A DNA stretch of 64,000 nt from a virus. The stretch is taken from positions 96,001 through 160,000 of the IMG/VR virus record IMGVR_UViG_3300028840_006907, one strand, 5' to 3'. Under the pieces are notes generated by a model. The model had not been told where the DNA came from, ran no database searches, and saw only the letters and a program-made list of their open reading frames with translations. Positions 1-10,542 of the stretch are shown here, piece after piece; position 1 is the first letter of the stretch, and each line of letters opens with the position of its first letter. A program made the translations under genes and the position numbers.

Positions 1-270
1 TGAAGATACAATGATTTGATTCTGACCTTGATATACATTAACTTTCCCTTGAATACGACAAACTTTAGCATTTTTAACTATTTCGTAATAAGTATCTGCA
101 TGATTGAAAGCGGTTGCTGCTATCTGTCCTTTTTTATCTCTCAACTCAAAAGTTAGAAAATTACCTTTTGAAGCGTTTTTGAATGGTCTTAGTGAAGCGT
201 CTGCTATAACGAAGATTCCATCTATATCTGTTCCACTACTCAATGTTAATATATCTGCTGTGTTTACCAT
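1..270 (-). CDS. OB-fold-like nucleic-acid-binding protein, N-terminal part (ORF open to window edge)
   Basis: Hand translation of minus strand from ATG at 270 is stop-free to position 1 (MVNTADILTLSSGTDIDG...RDKKGQIAATAF...); not in ORF track because truncated. Confidence 0.4.
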   Translation of the reverse strand, partial: MVNTADILTLSSGTDIDGIFVIADASLRPFKNASKGNFLTFELRDKKGQIAATAFNHADTYYEIVKNAKVCRIQGKVNVYQGQNQIIVSS

Positions 271-474
271 TATTCTCCTCCTATATCTATGTCTATTTCA
301 CCAATACCATCACCGACTTCTTCAATACCATCACAAATGATATCACAAAATGGTATATGCTTTCGGAAGATATAGCAGAAAATTATAATGAGAATTATTA
401 TTGCAACAACAATTAAAACCCAACCCCACCAAGGCATAGGTCACTCCTTTATTATGTGTTATCTATTATTTTAT

Positions 475-885
475 TTATACAAATTCAGTCATTGCTGTTA
501 TATCAAATTTTAACTGAATCGGTATTGGTGCACCAAAATCCCATATAGAGAATTCTTTACAGTCAGTGCATCTATAAATTACTTCATTATCAGATTCTGT
601 TATGAAACTTCCAGAAGTAATCAGCTCATTTCCGCAATTACATTTTAAAAAAGTGCATGGTTCATATGTAAATCTAACATCATACCAATCCAAACATTTC
701 TGTGAAACTGAATTGAATGTTTCCATTCCTATTTGATTTTTTAAGCATCTTTGTAGGATATAAGCAGTTGAAAGGATTTTTAATTTTCCTTCAAGCTTTT
801 TCCACCAAATGAATCTTCTCACAATTCTGGTTTTATTATAGACTTTCTTATGTATGCCTGGGTATGGATGAATATTGATCGCCAT
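475..885 (-). CDS. Cys-rich zinc-ribbon hypothetical protein
   Basis: ORF track 136 aa; CxxC pairs (CNCGNE, CTDCKE). Confidence 0.45.
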   Translation of the reverse strand: MAINIHPYPGIHKKVYNKTRIVRRFIWWKKLEGKLKILSTAYILQRCLKNQIGMETFNSVSQKCLDWYDVRFTYEPCTFLKCNCGNELITSGSFITESDNEVIYRCTDCKEFSIWDFGAPIPIQLKFDITAMTEFV

Positions 886-1242
886 CTTGAATTACTCCAT
901 AATATAAAAAGAACCTCATACTCTCAGTGCCTTTCAAGTCAAATTCCATTGCCAAATCCATGCATTAATCTGATATAGAATATATTTGTACTTGAGGTGA
1001 CATAATCGCCTGTCCCGCCTAGGCCAATCGTCTCTCGTTGGGCAAAGGATCGAACATATTAGTTGTCCCTATACCCTTGTGAGCCCGATTTTCAAGAGCA
1101 GAAATCTTTCTGGTATCGTCAAGAAAGATCCGCGACTGCACTTCGATAACATTTCTTTATCTTTTATTTTCGAGATACCACCGGAAATATCTTCATCAAT
1201 ACTTTGTAACCTCCTTTTGAGAGGGTATGAGGCCCTATTAAT

Positions 1243-1881
1243 TTAAAAAATACTTTTATATAATGTATTGTCACTATTTCCAATTTTATATGAAACTAGC
1301 GCTCCGAATTCTACAAATCGTTGCATTAATAAATATGCTTTGGCTCCAAATTTTTTAGAATAATCTTCAATCAATTCTGCCAGCTCTTCACGAGAAAATA
1401 AATGCGTGGTTATATCTTCACTTGCTTCGCTTAGATCTGAACTTATTTCTCCTTTAACAGAGCATAAAATCATAAATACCGATTCGTTCGTTAATCCTGT
1501 TGAACTATATATCGGAGGAGATACATGAAATATTTGATCGATATCTAATCCAGTTTCCTCCTTCATTTCTCTACGAGCCGCGATTTCGGGTGTCTCTCCT
1601 TTATCTATGAGCCCAGCAGGAAGGCCCCACTCGTAGTCTTCCAATGGTACTCTGTACTCTTTTGTTATCACCATTTTTCCATTATATAAAGCAGCGATAA
1701 CTACAGCTTTTTGATTATTAATTCTACGTACCCAATCCCATTTTTTATGTTCACCTCTTGTATCAATATATGGTGATGTAACCATTTGGATAAAAGGTGT
1801 TTTAAAATTAATTTCGATTAGATCCTTTAATATCCTCATTTTTCCATTAATCCTTAGAAATAAATGTTTCTGGTAACTCAT
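1243..1881 (-). CDS. NUDIX hydrolase (ADP-ribose pyrophosphatase-like)
   Basis: 212 aa; Nudix box GLPAGLIDKGETPEIAARREMKEETGL. Confidence 0.8.
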   Translation of the reverse strand: MSYQKHLFLRINGKMRILKDLIEINFKTPFIQMVTSPYIDTRGEHKKWDWVRRINNQKAVVIAALYNGKMVITKEYRVPLEDYEWGLPAGLIDKGETPEIAARREMKEETGLDIDQIFHVSPPIYSSTGLTNESVFMILCSVKGEISSDLSEASEDITTHLFSREELAELIEDYSKKFGAKAYLLMQRFVEFGALVSYKIGNSDNTLYKSIF

Positions 1882-2335
1882 GTTCTGATATTATCATGGT
1901 TCTTGTATTTGTTACTCGTAATGTATGCCATTTATATTCAAGATCATCCCAGAGTCCCTTAAATGTAAAAAGGTATTTTTCTTTTTTATCATACACATTG
2001 TATTCAAGACCGAGCATTCTAGTTTCTACCCACCGTTCAAGAAAAGAATCTCCGTAAGTGTTGCTGTCTTTAATATCATATTCTATAAGAGCTGTGTTAG
2101 GATCATTGAATCTTCCACTTATAACCAATCTTCTTTTTTCTATATCAACACATACATATTTAGATAAATCACGGCAGACACTTTTCAGTTTATTTTTATC
2201 AATCTTTTTTGAAGATTGATCTAAAACAGCTATACAAGAACATACAGGGACATCGGTTTTTTTCATTGTCTCAGCACCTGGAGACACTAAATGTCTTGTG
2301 GAGCTTAAATAAACAGTGAATTGTTTTAAACCCAT
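1847..2335 (-). CDS. hypothetical protein
   Basis: 162 aa ORF, tightly coupled upstream of NUDIX gene. Confidence 0.45.
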   Translation of the reverse strand: MGLKQFTVYLSSTRHLVSPGAETMKKTDVPVCSCIAVLDQSSKKIDKNKLKSVCRDLSKYVCVDIEKRRLVISGRFNDPNTALIEYDIKDSNTYGDSFLERWVETRMLGLEYNVYDKKEKYLFTFKGLWDDLEYKWHTLRVTNTRTMIISEHELPETFISKD

Positions 2336-2425
2336 AATAACCTCGAATCGTTGAAGTTAAATGCTCCTATATATTATACAAGATTGGGATAAGTAATATT
2401 CACTTTTTTTAAAAAAAATTTAGGA

Positions 2426-2502
2426 TGGTACCCCAATCAGGACTCTAACCTGAAATCTTTGGCTCCGGAAACCAACGCTTTATACAATTAAGCTATTGGG
2501 GC
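2426..2502 (-). tRNA. tRNA-Arg (anticodon CCG)
   Basis: Hand fold: acceptor GCCCCAA/TTGGGGT, anticodon loop TTCCGGA, encoded CCA. Confidence 0.8.
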
Positions 2503-2511
2503 ATTATAAGA

Positions 2512-2586
2512 TGGCGGTGCGTAAGGGAATCGAACCCTTGCCAGGAGATCGACAGTCTCCGGTCCTAACCACTGAACGAACGCACC
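2512..2586 (-). tRNA. tRNA-Asp (anticodon GTC)
   Basis: Hand fold: acceptor GGTGCGT/ACGCACC, loop CTGTCGA, T-loop GGTTCGATTCC, CCA. Confidence 0.85.
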
Positions 2587-2783
2587 GTATTTTTATTAAT
2601 CAATTTTTTTATTTCCGATAAAAAGACCGCAGTCGCATTGCCGAGCCATTTTCGTTTTATTCTTTATTACAATGCCTATTGCTTTAATAGGCTTTTTACA
2701 AGTGTTGCAAATATTTTGCTGTGTCTTTTTGTCATGCTGTTTCACTGCTGTTTTAGCCATTACTTGTACTCCTTAAATGTTAT

Positions 2784-2856
2784 GGCAGGGACGGTCAGAT
2801 TCGAACTGACATCGCCGGTTTTGGAGACCGGGTGCTTGACCGTTAGCGACGCCCCT
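2784..2856 (-). tRNA. tRNA-Trp (anticodon CCA)
   Basis: Hand fold: anticodon stem CCGGT/ACCGG, loop CTCCAAA, T-loop GTTCGAATC. Confidence 0.8.
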
Positions 2857-3062
2857 GTATTGACAAATTTTTCATGATTTGAACCATTCACTACAACCTT
2901 CGGCTAGTTCTAATAAATGAACACAAGGTTTTGTTTCTTTTGCCAGAACACAGCCACACACTGTACAAATTACCACAGCAGGTTTCAAATCATGTTTCTC
3001 AATTTCAGCGAATGCTTTCACTATATCATTCACTATATCATTCATTTTTTCTCCGAATTATC

Positions 3063-3135
3063 TGGGCGCAGACGGACTTGAACCGCCCACGAATGGCTTA
3101 TGAGACCACTACTCTACCGACTGAGTTATACGCCC
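3063..3135 (-). tRNA. tRNA-Met/Ile2 (anticodon CAT)
   Basis: Hand fold: acceptor GGGCGTA/TGCGCCC, loop CTCATAA, no encoded CCA. Confidence 0.8.
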
Positions 3136-3144
3136 TTGACTTAT

Positions 3145-3221
3145 GGCACACCCGGCACGATTTGAACGTGCGACTTCTTCGTTCGTGGCGAAGATCTCTA
3201 TCCGGACTGAGTTACGGGTGC
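3145..3221 (-). tRNA. tRNA-Arg (anticodon ACG)
   Basis: Hand fold: anticodon stem CTTCG/CGAAG, loop CCACGAA, T-arm GCACGTTCAAATCGTGC, CCA. Confidence 0.8.
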
Positions 3222-3227
3222 GTATTT

Positions 3228-3728
3228 TTATAAAAAAGTTTTATACGTTTTTTTATTAATGATATATGATAATGTTGATTTTGCTGATTTATATTCCTTT
3301 GCTAATTTATTTAAACTTTCTCCATTTTTATTTCTGTTAATTATAGATTCTATCTCTTTTTTTGTGAATTTTCTTAATTTATACGCAGCTTTAACTGCTT
3401 GCTCTTTTCTTTCTTTTTCAGGTATATCAAATGAATTCTCTGATCTTGTACCAATTGATATATTAGAATCATTGAAATTTAATCTATTTCTATCTAAGTG
3501 TCTAGTCTCAATCCCTTCTTCAAAAACTTTATCCCCAAATAAAAAGTATGCTTTTAATTTATGTACTTTTAAATTTTTAATCTTTTTGTTTACATAGATA
3601 TTTATGGTAGGGTAACCTTTTGAATAATGGAATCTTAAAGGTTTTCCCATTGGCCCAATAACTTCATTTTTATCATTAAAATGATATCCTTTTTTTACAG
3701 CTATTTTTAAGACATCATTATTTTTCAT
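3228..3728 (-). CDS. HNH homing endonuclease
   Basis: 166 aa; HNH_3-like motif HLDRNRLNFNDSN; abuts tRNA cluster. Confidence 0.7.
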   Translation of the reverse strand: MKNNDVLKIAVKKGYHFNDKNEVIGPMGKPLRFHYSKGYPTINIYVNKKIKNLKVHKLKAYFLFGDKVFEEGIETRHLDRNRLNFNDSNISIGTRSENSFDIPEKERKEQAVKAAYKLRKFTKKEIESIINRNKNGESLNKLAKEYKSAKSTLSYIINKKTYKTFL

Positions 3729-3748
3729 ATATTAATTTTTCTTTCTAA

Positions 3749-3821
3749 TAGGGGTACGGGGAGTCGAACCCCGGTCGTGGGAGAGAAAATCCCATATCCT
3801 AAGCCATTAGAAGATACCCCC
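3749..3821 (-). tRNA. tRNA-Glu (anticodon TTC)
   Basis: Hand fold: acceptor GGGGGTA/TACCCCT, anticodon stem TGGGA/TCCCA, loop TTTTCTC, T-arm CGGGGTTCGACTCCCCG; D-arm atypical. Confidence 0.65.
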
Positions 3822-3865
3822 ATAAAATAAAAAAGCTCCTGTCTGGTTCTCACCCGACAGGAGCT
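3822..3865 (-). terminator. rho-independent terminator (minus strand)
   Basis: 10-bp stem AGCTCCTGTC/GACAGGAGCT followed on minus strand by TTTTTTATTTT. Confidence 0.6.
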
Positions 3866-4023
3866 TGTATTTGCTTTATTGTTAGACAATATTATACCCT
3901 ATCAGGTGATATGTACCTCCCGATCTCGTTCGCGCCATTCTATAGCGATTGATATAATATTGTTTGTTGTTTTCATAATAATTTAAATATACCCCAAAAG
4001 GAAAGATATGTCAACTTTAAATT

Positions 4024-4653
4024 TTATTTTTTCTTGAGTCGCTTATGAAAAGTATAAGCTTGAGCTGTTTGAAGTAAAAGAGTTAACCAGTTTTCTTCAA
4101 ATTCTGTTATTAGATAAGGGAATTTTTTGACATCTTTATCTAATTTTGCCCACTTCCAATTAATTGGATCATCGTTACTACTAACCCATATATCTCCATT
4201 GTGCTGATTAATATAAGCTACCCAAAGTTCATTTCTTTCATTAGTATAAGAGTGAAAACAGAATCCTGTTATAAACGGCCCATCGGGAAGTTTGAATGGA
4301 TCTTGGTATTCTTCGAAAAATTGTTTTGATGTTTTTAATCCTGTTTTAATACATCCTGGAATAATTATTTTTTCTATGACATTTTTTTCTGACATTTCTT
4401 CGTTCAATTTTAAAGTAAATTTTGTACTACCTGAGTGCCTTTTCTTCATTTCTTCTTCTGATAATTGTTTAACAATACCGTAATCTTTAAAAGAGGATAG
4501 GTTGAAGGAAGCCCCAATATTCTTTTTACTTTTATTATTAAAAGTAGCTTTTTTTGTCAATCCAGTAATATCTGATATTACATACCCTATGTAAGTTAAA
4601 TTTTCTTTACGCCTAATTTCTAAACCATTTTCTAATAGCTGTGTGTCTTTCAA
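4024..4653 (-). CDS. hypothetical protein
   Basis: 209 aa ORF followed by terminator. Confidence 0.5.
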   Translation of the reverse strand: MKDTQLLENGLEIRRKENLTYIGYVISDITGLTKKATFNNKSKKNIGASFNLSSFKDYGIVKQLSEEEMKKRHSGSTKFTLKLNEEMSEKNVIEKIIIPGCIKTGLKTSKQFFEEYQDPFKLPDGPFITGFCFHSYTNERNELWVAYINQHNGDIWVSSNDDPINWKWAKLDKDVKKFPYLITEFEENWLTLLLQTAQAYTFHKRLKKK

Positions 4654-5193
4654 AACATCTCCTTTGATTTATTATATGGATTTAAGATTTCTATATAATT
4701 AGAAATATATGAAAAATATAAGGAAAAATCAAGAAAAATTTAAGATATCGTGAAAAAGTCGTGAGAACTATTTAAGTATAAAAATCGGAAGTACATAGAT
4801 AGGGATGAATTATATTATTAATCGACACTTTTTTAAAATGATGAAGCCCTTTTGAGGGTAGTCGCACGGGATATCTGTGATTATGAAAATTATCATAGGT
4901 ATCCCATTTTATTGTATTATATGTAGCTGATTATCTATTTCCCAATTATCCTCATCTTTAATAATATCTTCTGGCCATCTGGCTGCAGGAGAAAATTCAT
5001 TATTTTGCCAAATTATAAATTTTTTCATAGCTTCTGATTTGTCTTTTGCTAATACAAGATATTGGTGGCATCCACATCCTTCAGCAAGGAATGTATAATA
5101 GTTCACTTAAAAGAGCCTTTTTAATATGTAGGAATTTAAATTGGAGGATCCGCATTATGACGCAGATCCTCCAACAATGAAAGGAACTTAATA

Positions 5194-6192
5194 TTATTTA
5201 GATTTATTACTACCGGCGGCAATTTTCGAAACTTCTGAAATAGTCGCAGCGTCACCTTGTGCTTTCAGAGCTGCCTGTGCCATTGTAGCAACTTTTTCGT
5301 TGGCACTTAATACAGCTTCATTTGCTCTATTAATTTGTTTTTCCAGATCCACCACTTTAGCTTCAAGATTGGCAATAGTAGATTGAGCAATTTTAGCCTC
5401 AGCATCGGTATGGGATTTAACCATATTAGCCTGGAATTGCGCCGATTTCTTAGCTTTTTCCTCACCATTAGTAAAAGCTTCATCAATTTTATCTTGAATA
5501 CTCTTTTCAAGATTTTCAATCTTTCTAGAAAGTTCATCAATTTTACTATCTTTTTCATTGGCTATTTTTTCACGTTCACCGACTTCTTTTTCACGTTGAT
5601 CAAGGGATTTTGATTTCAACTCTAATTCATCAGCGACCTTATCAGCATCTTTACGACGGTTGCGTGTAGTATCATAGTTATATTGTTCTTCTTCACGAGC
5701 ACGTTCAATATCTTGTTTTTCTGTAATTTTTTCTGCTTCCTCATTGGTTTTCTTAATGGTGTCACGATAATATTCATCGGCTTCTTTCTTTTTCTCTTCA
5801 GCGTCAGCAATAATTTTCTTGGCCTCTTCATCTTTGTCAGCAATTAATTTTTCTTTAACCGCAGCCAGAGCAGCCAGGTCATTAGCACTAACTTCAATAC
5901 CATGAACTTCTTTTAATTCTGCTTTTTTAGCACCAATTGCAGTAACAAGATCATCGTATTCTTTTTTTAAGCCAACAACACCTTCGACAAGTTTTGTAAG
6001 AACAGTTTCAATAGTACTCGTGTCAATTCCAGAAGCATTTTTAACCGCACTTGATACAGCATCTTTGTTTGCTCTTTCAGTAGTACTGACAGGTTCATTT
6101 GCTTTTAATTTAGTTAATTCAGCTTTAGTTTCTTTATATGCATCCCATATTTCTTTTTTTGTGGAACCCATATATTTAATCTCTTCTGCCAT
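5194..6192 (-). CDS. coiled-coil protein (Lys/Glu-rich)
   Basis: 332 aa, low-complexity heptad-like K/E/A-rich sequence. Confidence 0.55.
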   Translation of the reverse strand: MAEEIKYMGSTKKEIWDAYKETKAELTKLKANEPVSTTERANKDAVSSAVKNASGIDTSTIETVLTKLVEGVVGLKKEYDDLVTAIGAKKAELKEVHGIEVSANDLAALAAVKEKLIADKDEEAKKIIADAEEKKKEADEYYRDTIKKTNEEAEKITEKQDIERAREEEQYNYDTTRNRRKDADKVADELELKSKSLDQREKEVGEREKIANEKDSKIDELSRKIENLEKSIQDKIDEAFTNGEEKAKKSAQFQANMVKSHTDAEAKIAQSTIANLEAKVVDLEKQINRANEAVLSANEKVATMAQAALKAQGDAATISEVSKIAAGSNKSK

Positions 6193-6334
6193 TTGAAATT
6201 CCTTTCTTTCAAAAGATTATTAATAAAAAGTTTGTACTACCCAACTATTTTTTGGTTGAGTAGTCCGTTAAATAATATTTAATTGTGAATATTTTTACTA
6301 GAGGAATTGGATGCTCCTTTACGGAGCACCTTTA

Positions 6335-7456
6335 TTATTTCATTCCGTGTTCCCAGTCCTCGACCTCATAAAGAAATTTTGTACCAGCAAGCAACTTCCG
6401 GTTATAGGAAGTACTCTGGATAAATATATTGTATTTGCCAAGATCTGCTTCTTTAGGAGCAAAAGAGACTCTTCCTTCTGGAATGCCTACGATCTCTCTT
6501 GCTTCACTACCACTGAAAAAATCTCCGGTGATTTTATCCTGGAGAATGACTTCTTTATATTCCTGAATCAGAACACGTTTAATAAATTCGTAGAATCCTC
6601 GGCCCTTCTTAAATGTCATCCCATTGTCTAGGACAAATTGTTTAATTGGACAATCTTCCTCAACATCCATAACCTGAAACCGTCCTGGTGGTACTGCAGA
6701 TAGCTTTGTGGTAGCATAACGCTCTTTATATTCTTTCGGAAGTGTAATTTCAGCTCCAGTAAGGGCTGTAAGGTTTTTGACCATGGAACGAGAGAAGTGA
6801 CGCTTCTTGAATCTCTTATTTACAAATTCAACAACTTTCTCTTTCCCGGCCTGGGAATAACATATAGCTTTAATCAGATCTGGAACATCTGAAAACTGAT
6901 TTAGTTCAAGATGAAGTCCTTCAGTTTTTCTGGCTACTTCTTTATAAAAACTGGTAGCATGACGACGGCCTAGTGCCTGAACTGCATATACGTGAACGCC
7001 CATTTCCAGGAGACAGTCTAGTTCGTTTCTCCAATCAAGATGTTTGTAATTTTGAGCCTCATTCTGTTTATGGGGAACATCATCACCGATAAGAACTAAA
7101 ACTTTGTTTTTGCCTGCTGTCCAGTTAAAGGCTCTGGCAGAATGAAGAACTAATTCATAACATTCCGGTGCATCACCACCGTAAGTATTACCACAATGAC
7201 GAATAAATTTTATTAATGAACTTTGATCGGTTGAGAGTTCATGTGTTTTAATAACATAAGTATTTCCATCATCACAATAATCCCCATGTGCAATTAACCC
7301 CATGCGAAAATTTGGTATGTCTTTAAAGAGATTTTTTGTAAACTTTTCGACCTCTTTTCGAACCTGGGTCAGGCATGGGTACATCGAGCCAGTAGTGTCA
7401 AAAGACACTAACACTTCGACGATTCCTTCTTTTTCATCCATAATTTTTTCCTCCAA
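6335..7456 (-). CDS. von Willebrand factor A (vWA) domain protein
   Basis: 373 aa; MIDAS-like DTTGSM near N-terminus, LIGDDVPH. Confidence 0.65.
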   Translation of the reverse strand: MEEKIMDEKEGIVEVLVSFDTTGSMYPCLTQVRKEVEKFTKNLFKDIPNFRMGLIAHGDYCDDGNTYVIKTHELSTDQSSLIKFIRHCGNTYGGDAPECYELVLHSARAFNWTAGKNKVLVLIGDDVPHKQNEAQNYKHLDWRNELDCLLEMGVHVYAVQALGRRHATSFYKEVARKTEGLHLELNQFSDVPDLIKAICYSQAGKEKVVEFVNKRFKKRHFSRSMVKNLTALTGAEITLPKEYKERYATTKLSAVPPGRFQVMDVEEDCPIKQFVLDNGMTFKKGRGFYEFIKRVLIQEYKEVILQDKITGDFFSGSEAREIVGIPEGRVSFAPKEADLGKYNIFIQSTSYNRKLLAGTKFLYEVEDWEHGMK

Positions 7457-7495
7457 TTTATGATTTTGGATTTTTGAATTTGTTTATTTATGTAT

Positions 7496-7852
7496 TTATG
7501 TTTTTTTGGCTGGAAAACCTAAATATGTAAGTTTCCAATCTAATTTTTGAGTCCATCCTTTTTCGATGGCTATATTTCTTGCTTCTTTTCTTGTCCTTGC
7601 TTGAATAACTTTAAAAAAATCTTTACGTGCAGGTACAGTAAAAAGAAAGAGAGGGGGATTTCCGTTAGGCATCTCCACTTTTGGAAGATGTTGATCTTTA
7701 GAGAAAATCCTCTCTATAGTTGTTACCCGATACCCACACTTTGGATTGGTACATAATCTCCTTCGCCTAGTGACATAAGGAGTTTTACAACGTGAATCTA
7801 TTACTTGAGTAGCACTCTCACATTGAGGGCATTTAAATTTTGTATGTGTCAT
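7496..7852 (-). CDS. NrdR-like zinc-ribbon protein (no ATP-cone)
   Basis: 118 aa; [15 protein letters not shown]...[21 protein letters not shown] resembles NrdR N-terminal zinc ribbon. Confidence 0.5.
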   Translation of the reverse strand: MTHTKFKCPQCESATQVIDSRCKTPYVTRRRRLCTNPKCGYRVTTIERIFSKDQHLPKVEMPNGNPPLFLFTVPARKDFFKVIQARTRKEARNIAIEKGWTQKLDWKLTYLGFPAKKT

Positions 7853-8726
7853 CTATACTTTGTTCCGCTATATTTAACAAATATTTTCCGTAATTATTCT
7901 TTTCCATTGGTAGAGCTAGGTTCATTAATTGCCCCTCATTTATATAACCATTTCGGTATGCTATCTCTTCAGGAGAAGAAATGATCAGTCCTTGTCTGGT
8001 TTGTATAGCTTCTACAAACTGGGAAGCTTGCATCATGGATTCATGTGTACCCGTATCAAGCCATGCTACTCCTCGGCCAAGAAGTTCTACTTTCAATAAT
8101 TCTTTTTCAAGATAAATCTGGTTAAGGCTAGTTATTTCAAGTTCTCCTCTGGGGGAGGGTTTTACCTGATGAGCGTATTCCACAACATTTTCATCATAGC
8201 AATATAAACCGGTAACAGCATAGTTTGATTTTGGATATTTGGGTTTCTCTTCAATACTAATGGCTCTTCCGTGTCCATTAAATTCTACAACTCCATATCT
8301 TTGGGGATCTGTGACTTGGTAACCGAAAACAGTAGCACCATGATTAAGTGTTACTGATTTTCGGAGTTTATCAATGAATTTATGACCCCAGAATATATTG
8401 TCTCCTAAAATGAGTGTCGTAGGTGAATCCATGGCAAAATCAGCCCCGACAAGAAAGGCTTGAGCCAGCCCTTCAGGTTTAGGTTGTATTACATAAGAGA
8501 AGGACAGCCCCAATTTATGGCCATCTCCGAGTAATCGTTTATACGACTCTATATCCTGGGGTGTTGATATTATGAGAATTTCTCTAATTCCTGCAAGCAT
8601 TAGTATTGATAGAGGATAATATATCATCGGCTTATCGTATATAGGAATTAACTGTTTGCTTATTCCTATAGTAGCTGGATAGAGCCTAGTCCCTGATCCT
8701 CCGGCAAGGATAATACCTTTTACCAT
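7833..8726 (-). CDS. rmlA: glucose-1-phosphate thymidylyltransferase
   Basis: 297 aa; [16 protein letters not shown], full-length RmlA-like. Confidence 0.9.
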   Translation of the reverse strand: MVKGIILAGGSGTRLYPATIGISKQLIPIYDKPMIYYPLSILMLAGIREILIISTPQDIESYKRLLGDGHKLGLSFSYVIQPKPEGLAQAFLVGADFAMDSPTTLILGDNIFWGHKFIDKLRKSVTLNHGATVFGYQVTDPQRYGVVEFNGHGRAISIEEKPKYPKSNYAVTGLYCYDENVVEYAHQVKPSPRGELEITSLNQIYLEKELLKVELLGRGVAWLDTGTHESMMQASQFVEAIQTRQGLIISSPEEIAYRNGYINEGQLMNLALPMEKNNYGKYLLNIAEQSIDDTYKI

Positions 8727-8944
8727 TATTTTGTCTCTCCTTCAAAAGCTGCTTCTTTTTCATCACCTTTATTTTTATTAGCCATTTCGATGTATCTTTG
8801 TTCAATAAGATATGCTATCTCACCAGGTTCTAAATTTAATACAGCAAACCATCCTGGCATATCATTACGCATTAATCTTATTTGTACAACAGTAGGAGAG
8901 TGTTTTACATCACAGATGCTTATAACAGGCTTTTGTTTTGACAT
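8726..8944 (-). CDS. hypothetical protein (MPGWFA-motif paralog 1)
   Basis: 72 aa; shares MPGWFAxLxL motif with adjacent ORF. Confidence 0.45.
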   Translation of the reverse strand: MSKQKPVISICDVKHSPTVVQIRLMRNDMPGWFAVLNLEPGEIAYLIEQRYIEMANKNKGDEKEAAFEGETK

Positions 8945-8952
8945 AATTCCCC

Positions 8953-9177
8953 CTATTTTGATTTTAATTTTCTTGGTAATTTAGAAAACCCGCTACGGTC
9001 TTCAATTCCATTTTGAATTAAATTTTCATCAATTTTATATTTCTCTTCAAGTAATTGAGTAATTTCTTCTGCATCTAAATCCAATTCTGCAAACCATCCT
9101 GGCATATTTTTTTCTTTTAGTGTGATTCTGATAGCCCCCTCAACAGGTATCACATCTAATATGCTAAATGATCCCAT
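8953..9177 (-). CDS. hypothetical protein (MPGWFA-motif paralog 2)
   Basis: 74 aa; paralog of 8726-8944. Confidence 0.45.
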   Translation of the reverse strand: MGSFSILDVIPVEGAIRITLKEKNMPGWFAELDLDAEEITQLLEEKYKIDENLIQNGIEDRSGFSKLPRKLKSK

Positions 9178-9189
9178 CCTTTCTCCTTA

Positions 9190-9441
9190 TTAACATTTGG
9201 GTGGTTGGTTATAACTGGACACATTTGCAAGAGAACCAAATGCACTTTTAACTCCTTTAAAAGTTGATGTGATTATATTGTCTATTGTTGAAATAGTAAC
9301 TTTACATATAGTTACTATCCCTGTAACAATCACCCACAATGAAAATCCTGCCGTAACTAGAGTGAAACAACAAACAATTGTTTCTTGCACGTTGAGCCCA
9401 TCATTAATTAATTCCACTATTGCTTGCATTAATTCATTCAT
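9190..9441 (-). CDS. small membrane protein
   Basis: 83 aa with hydrophobic segments. Confidence 0.4.
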   Translation of the reverse strand: MNELMQAIVELINDGLNVQETIVCCFTLVTAGFSLWVIVTGIVTICKVTISTIDNIITSTFKGVKSAFGSLANVSSYNQPPKC

Positions 9442-9466
9442 ATCTGATTCCTATTTTATTTATTAT

Positions 9467-9931
9467 TTAATCTTCCCAAACAGTGTATTTATTAACACCT
9501 TGCCAATTAGTCTTATCATAAATGATCACAGGTCTTAAGAGATCCGGATCCAGAGCCATGGGAATCAACCATCTTAAATTTGGAATGATATTATTTGGCA
9601 AGTTGTTAATATCTGCTATAATTACTTTCTCATCTGTGGGATTATGTTCGGGTAAAATCAGTGCTGCTTTATTCAAAGCATAGAAAAAATAAACTCTCCA
9701 TCCTGAACCATTTATGATAGCAAAGTTTTTAAAATCCGCGATAGTATAAGAAGTTTCTTCTTTAAATTCCCTGATCATTGCCTGTTCAGGAGACTCCATT
9801 GGTTCAATATGACCTCCTATTCCGTTTACTTTATTTATCTGCCATTCTGGTCGATTTTTTTCTATCAGCATTACTTTATTAGTATGCCCTAAACAATCAT
9901 TAAAAAGAAATCCGACTACCATTTCAGTCAT
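9467..9931 (-). CDS. NUDIX hydrolase
   Basis: 154 aa; Nudix box GIGGHIEPMESPEQAMIREFKEETSYT. Confidence 0.75.
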   Translation of the reverse strand: MTEMVVGFLFNDCLGHTNKVMLIEKNRPEWQINKVNGIGGHIEPMESPEQAMIREFKEETSYTIADFKNFAIINGSGWRVYFFYALNKAALILPEHNPTDEKVIIADINNLPNNIIPNLRWLIPMALDPDLLRPVIIYDKTNWQGVNKYTVWED

Positions 9932-10317
9932 TCTTTTACTACCTCGATTGCGGGTTCACCTGGTTTATATGAATTACAAAGAGAATCGATAAATTCTTCT
10001 ATTGTACCGTACCTTTCTCGGGCACCTAATCCTTTATATTTTTCATTGTTCCAAAATTGGTCTGCCCGTTTCTCCATATACTCTCGATGTTTCTCAGGAG
10101 TAAGATCTGTAAAGATCCTGGAACCAACGGGAGGATCGTAATTAGGAAGACAACAATCTCCTTCCCAGTTTATATGAAGCATGTCTTTACCACATTTTAT
10201 ACATGTGATACCAAACGGGGTAACACCATCACGGCTGTTCCATATTGTTTCGGAATATCCACAATCCTTACACTGATATTTCATTAAACAGAAAGCTTCT
10301 TTGTGTAGATATGCCAT
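9928..10317 (-). CDS. zinc-ribbon protein
   Basis: 129 aa; CKDCG and CIKCG CxxC pairs. Confidence 0.5.
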   Translation of the reverse strand: MAYLHKEAFCLMKYQCKDCGYSETIWNSRDGVTPFGITCIKCGKDMLHINWEGDCCLPNYDPPVGSRIFTDLTPEKHREYMEKRADQFWNNEKYKGLGARERYGTIEEFIDSLCNSYKPGEPAIEVVKE

Positions 10318-10329
10318 AGATCCTCCTTG

Positions 10330-10542
10330 TTAATGTCCAAATACTTCATCTGTATCATCTTCAACAAATGCTATAGGATCAGCTACTCCGAATTCTCCCA
10401 TATCTTTTACGCACTCATGGTAAACACAAGTGGGAGTTAACGGCTTGTTTGCTTTAACATTTTCTTTGAATTCAATCTCATTTATACCAATTTCAAAAGT
10501 GCGCTTACAATTTCTGCATAAAAGTTTAATATAATATTTCAT
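10330..10542 (-). CDS. small Cys-rich protein
   Basis: 70 aa; CRNCK motif. Confidence 0.4.
   Translation of the reverse strand: MKYYIKLLCRNCKRTFEIGINEIEFKENVKANKPLTPTCVYHECVKDMGEFGVADPIAFVEDDTDEVFGH

Noticed and set aside
104-340. Plus-strand ORF of 78 aa at the window start
   Set aside because: Lies antisense to a stop-free minus-strand reading frame (1-270) with protein-like composition; treated as a shadow ORF.
1925-2167. Shadow ORFs nested antisense within longer genes (also 3259-3597, 4292-4483, 5307-5558, 5335-5613, 5622-5843, 6311-6631, 7547-7756, 8790-8984, 9269-9538, 10057-10287, 11142-11639, 13718-14232, 16908-17129, 21164-21430, 34073-34333, 34440-34661, 35033-35227, 36626-36808, 37070-37264, 39839-40111, 40604-40849, 41109-41312, 41571-41902, 43221-43661, 45979-46161, 46227-46415, 46804-47425, 47547-47982, 51707-52015, 54781-55092, 56035-56703, 57907-59469, 60707-61023, 62501-62899, 63520-63723)
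   Set aside because: Each overlaps a longer ORF with recognisable motifs or better context; low-complexity hydrophobic translations typical of antisense AT-rich sequence.
2638-3233. Plus-strand ORFs 2638-2877 and 2931-3233
   Set aside because: They run through minus-strand tRNA genes (Trp, Met, Arg); tRNA structure explains the sequence. Short minus-strand zinc-ribbon micro-ORFs between the tRNAs were seen but left uncalled.
4909-5106. Minus-strand 65-aa ORF between 4024-4653 and the coiled-coil gene
   Set aside because: No RBS, motif or coupling to neighbours seen; left uncalled as uncertain, not clearly spurious.
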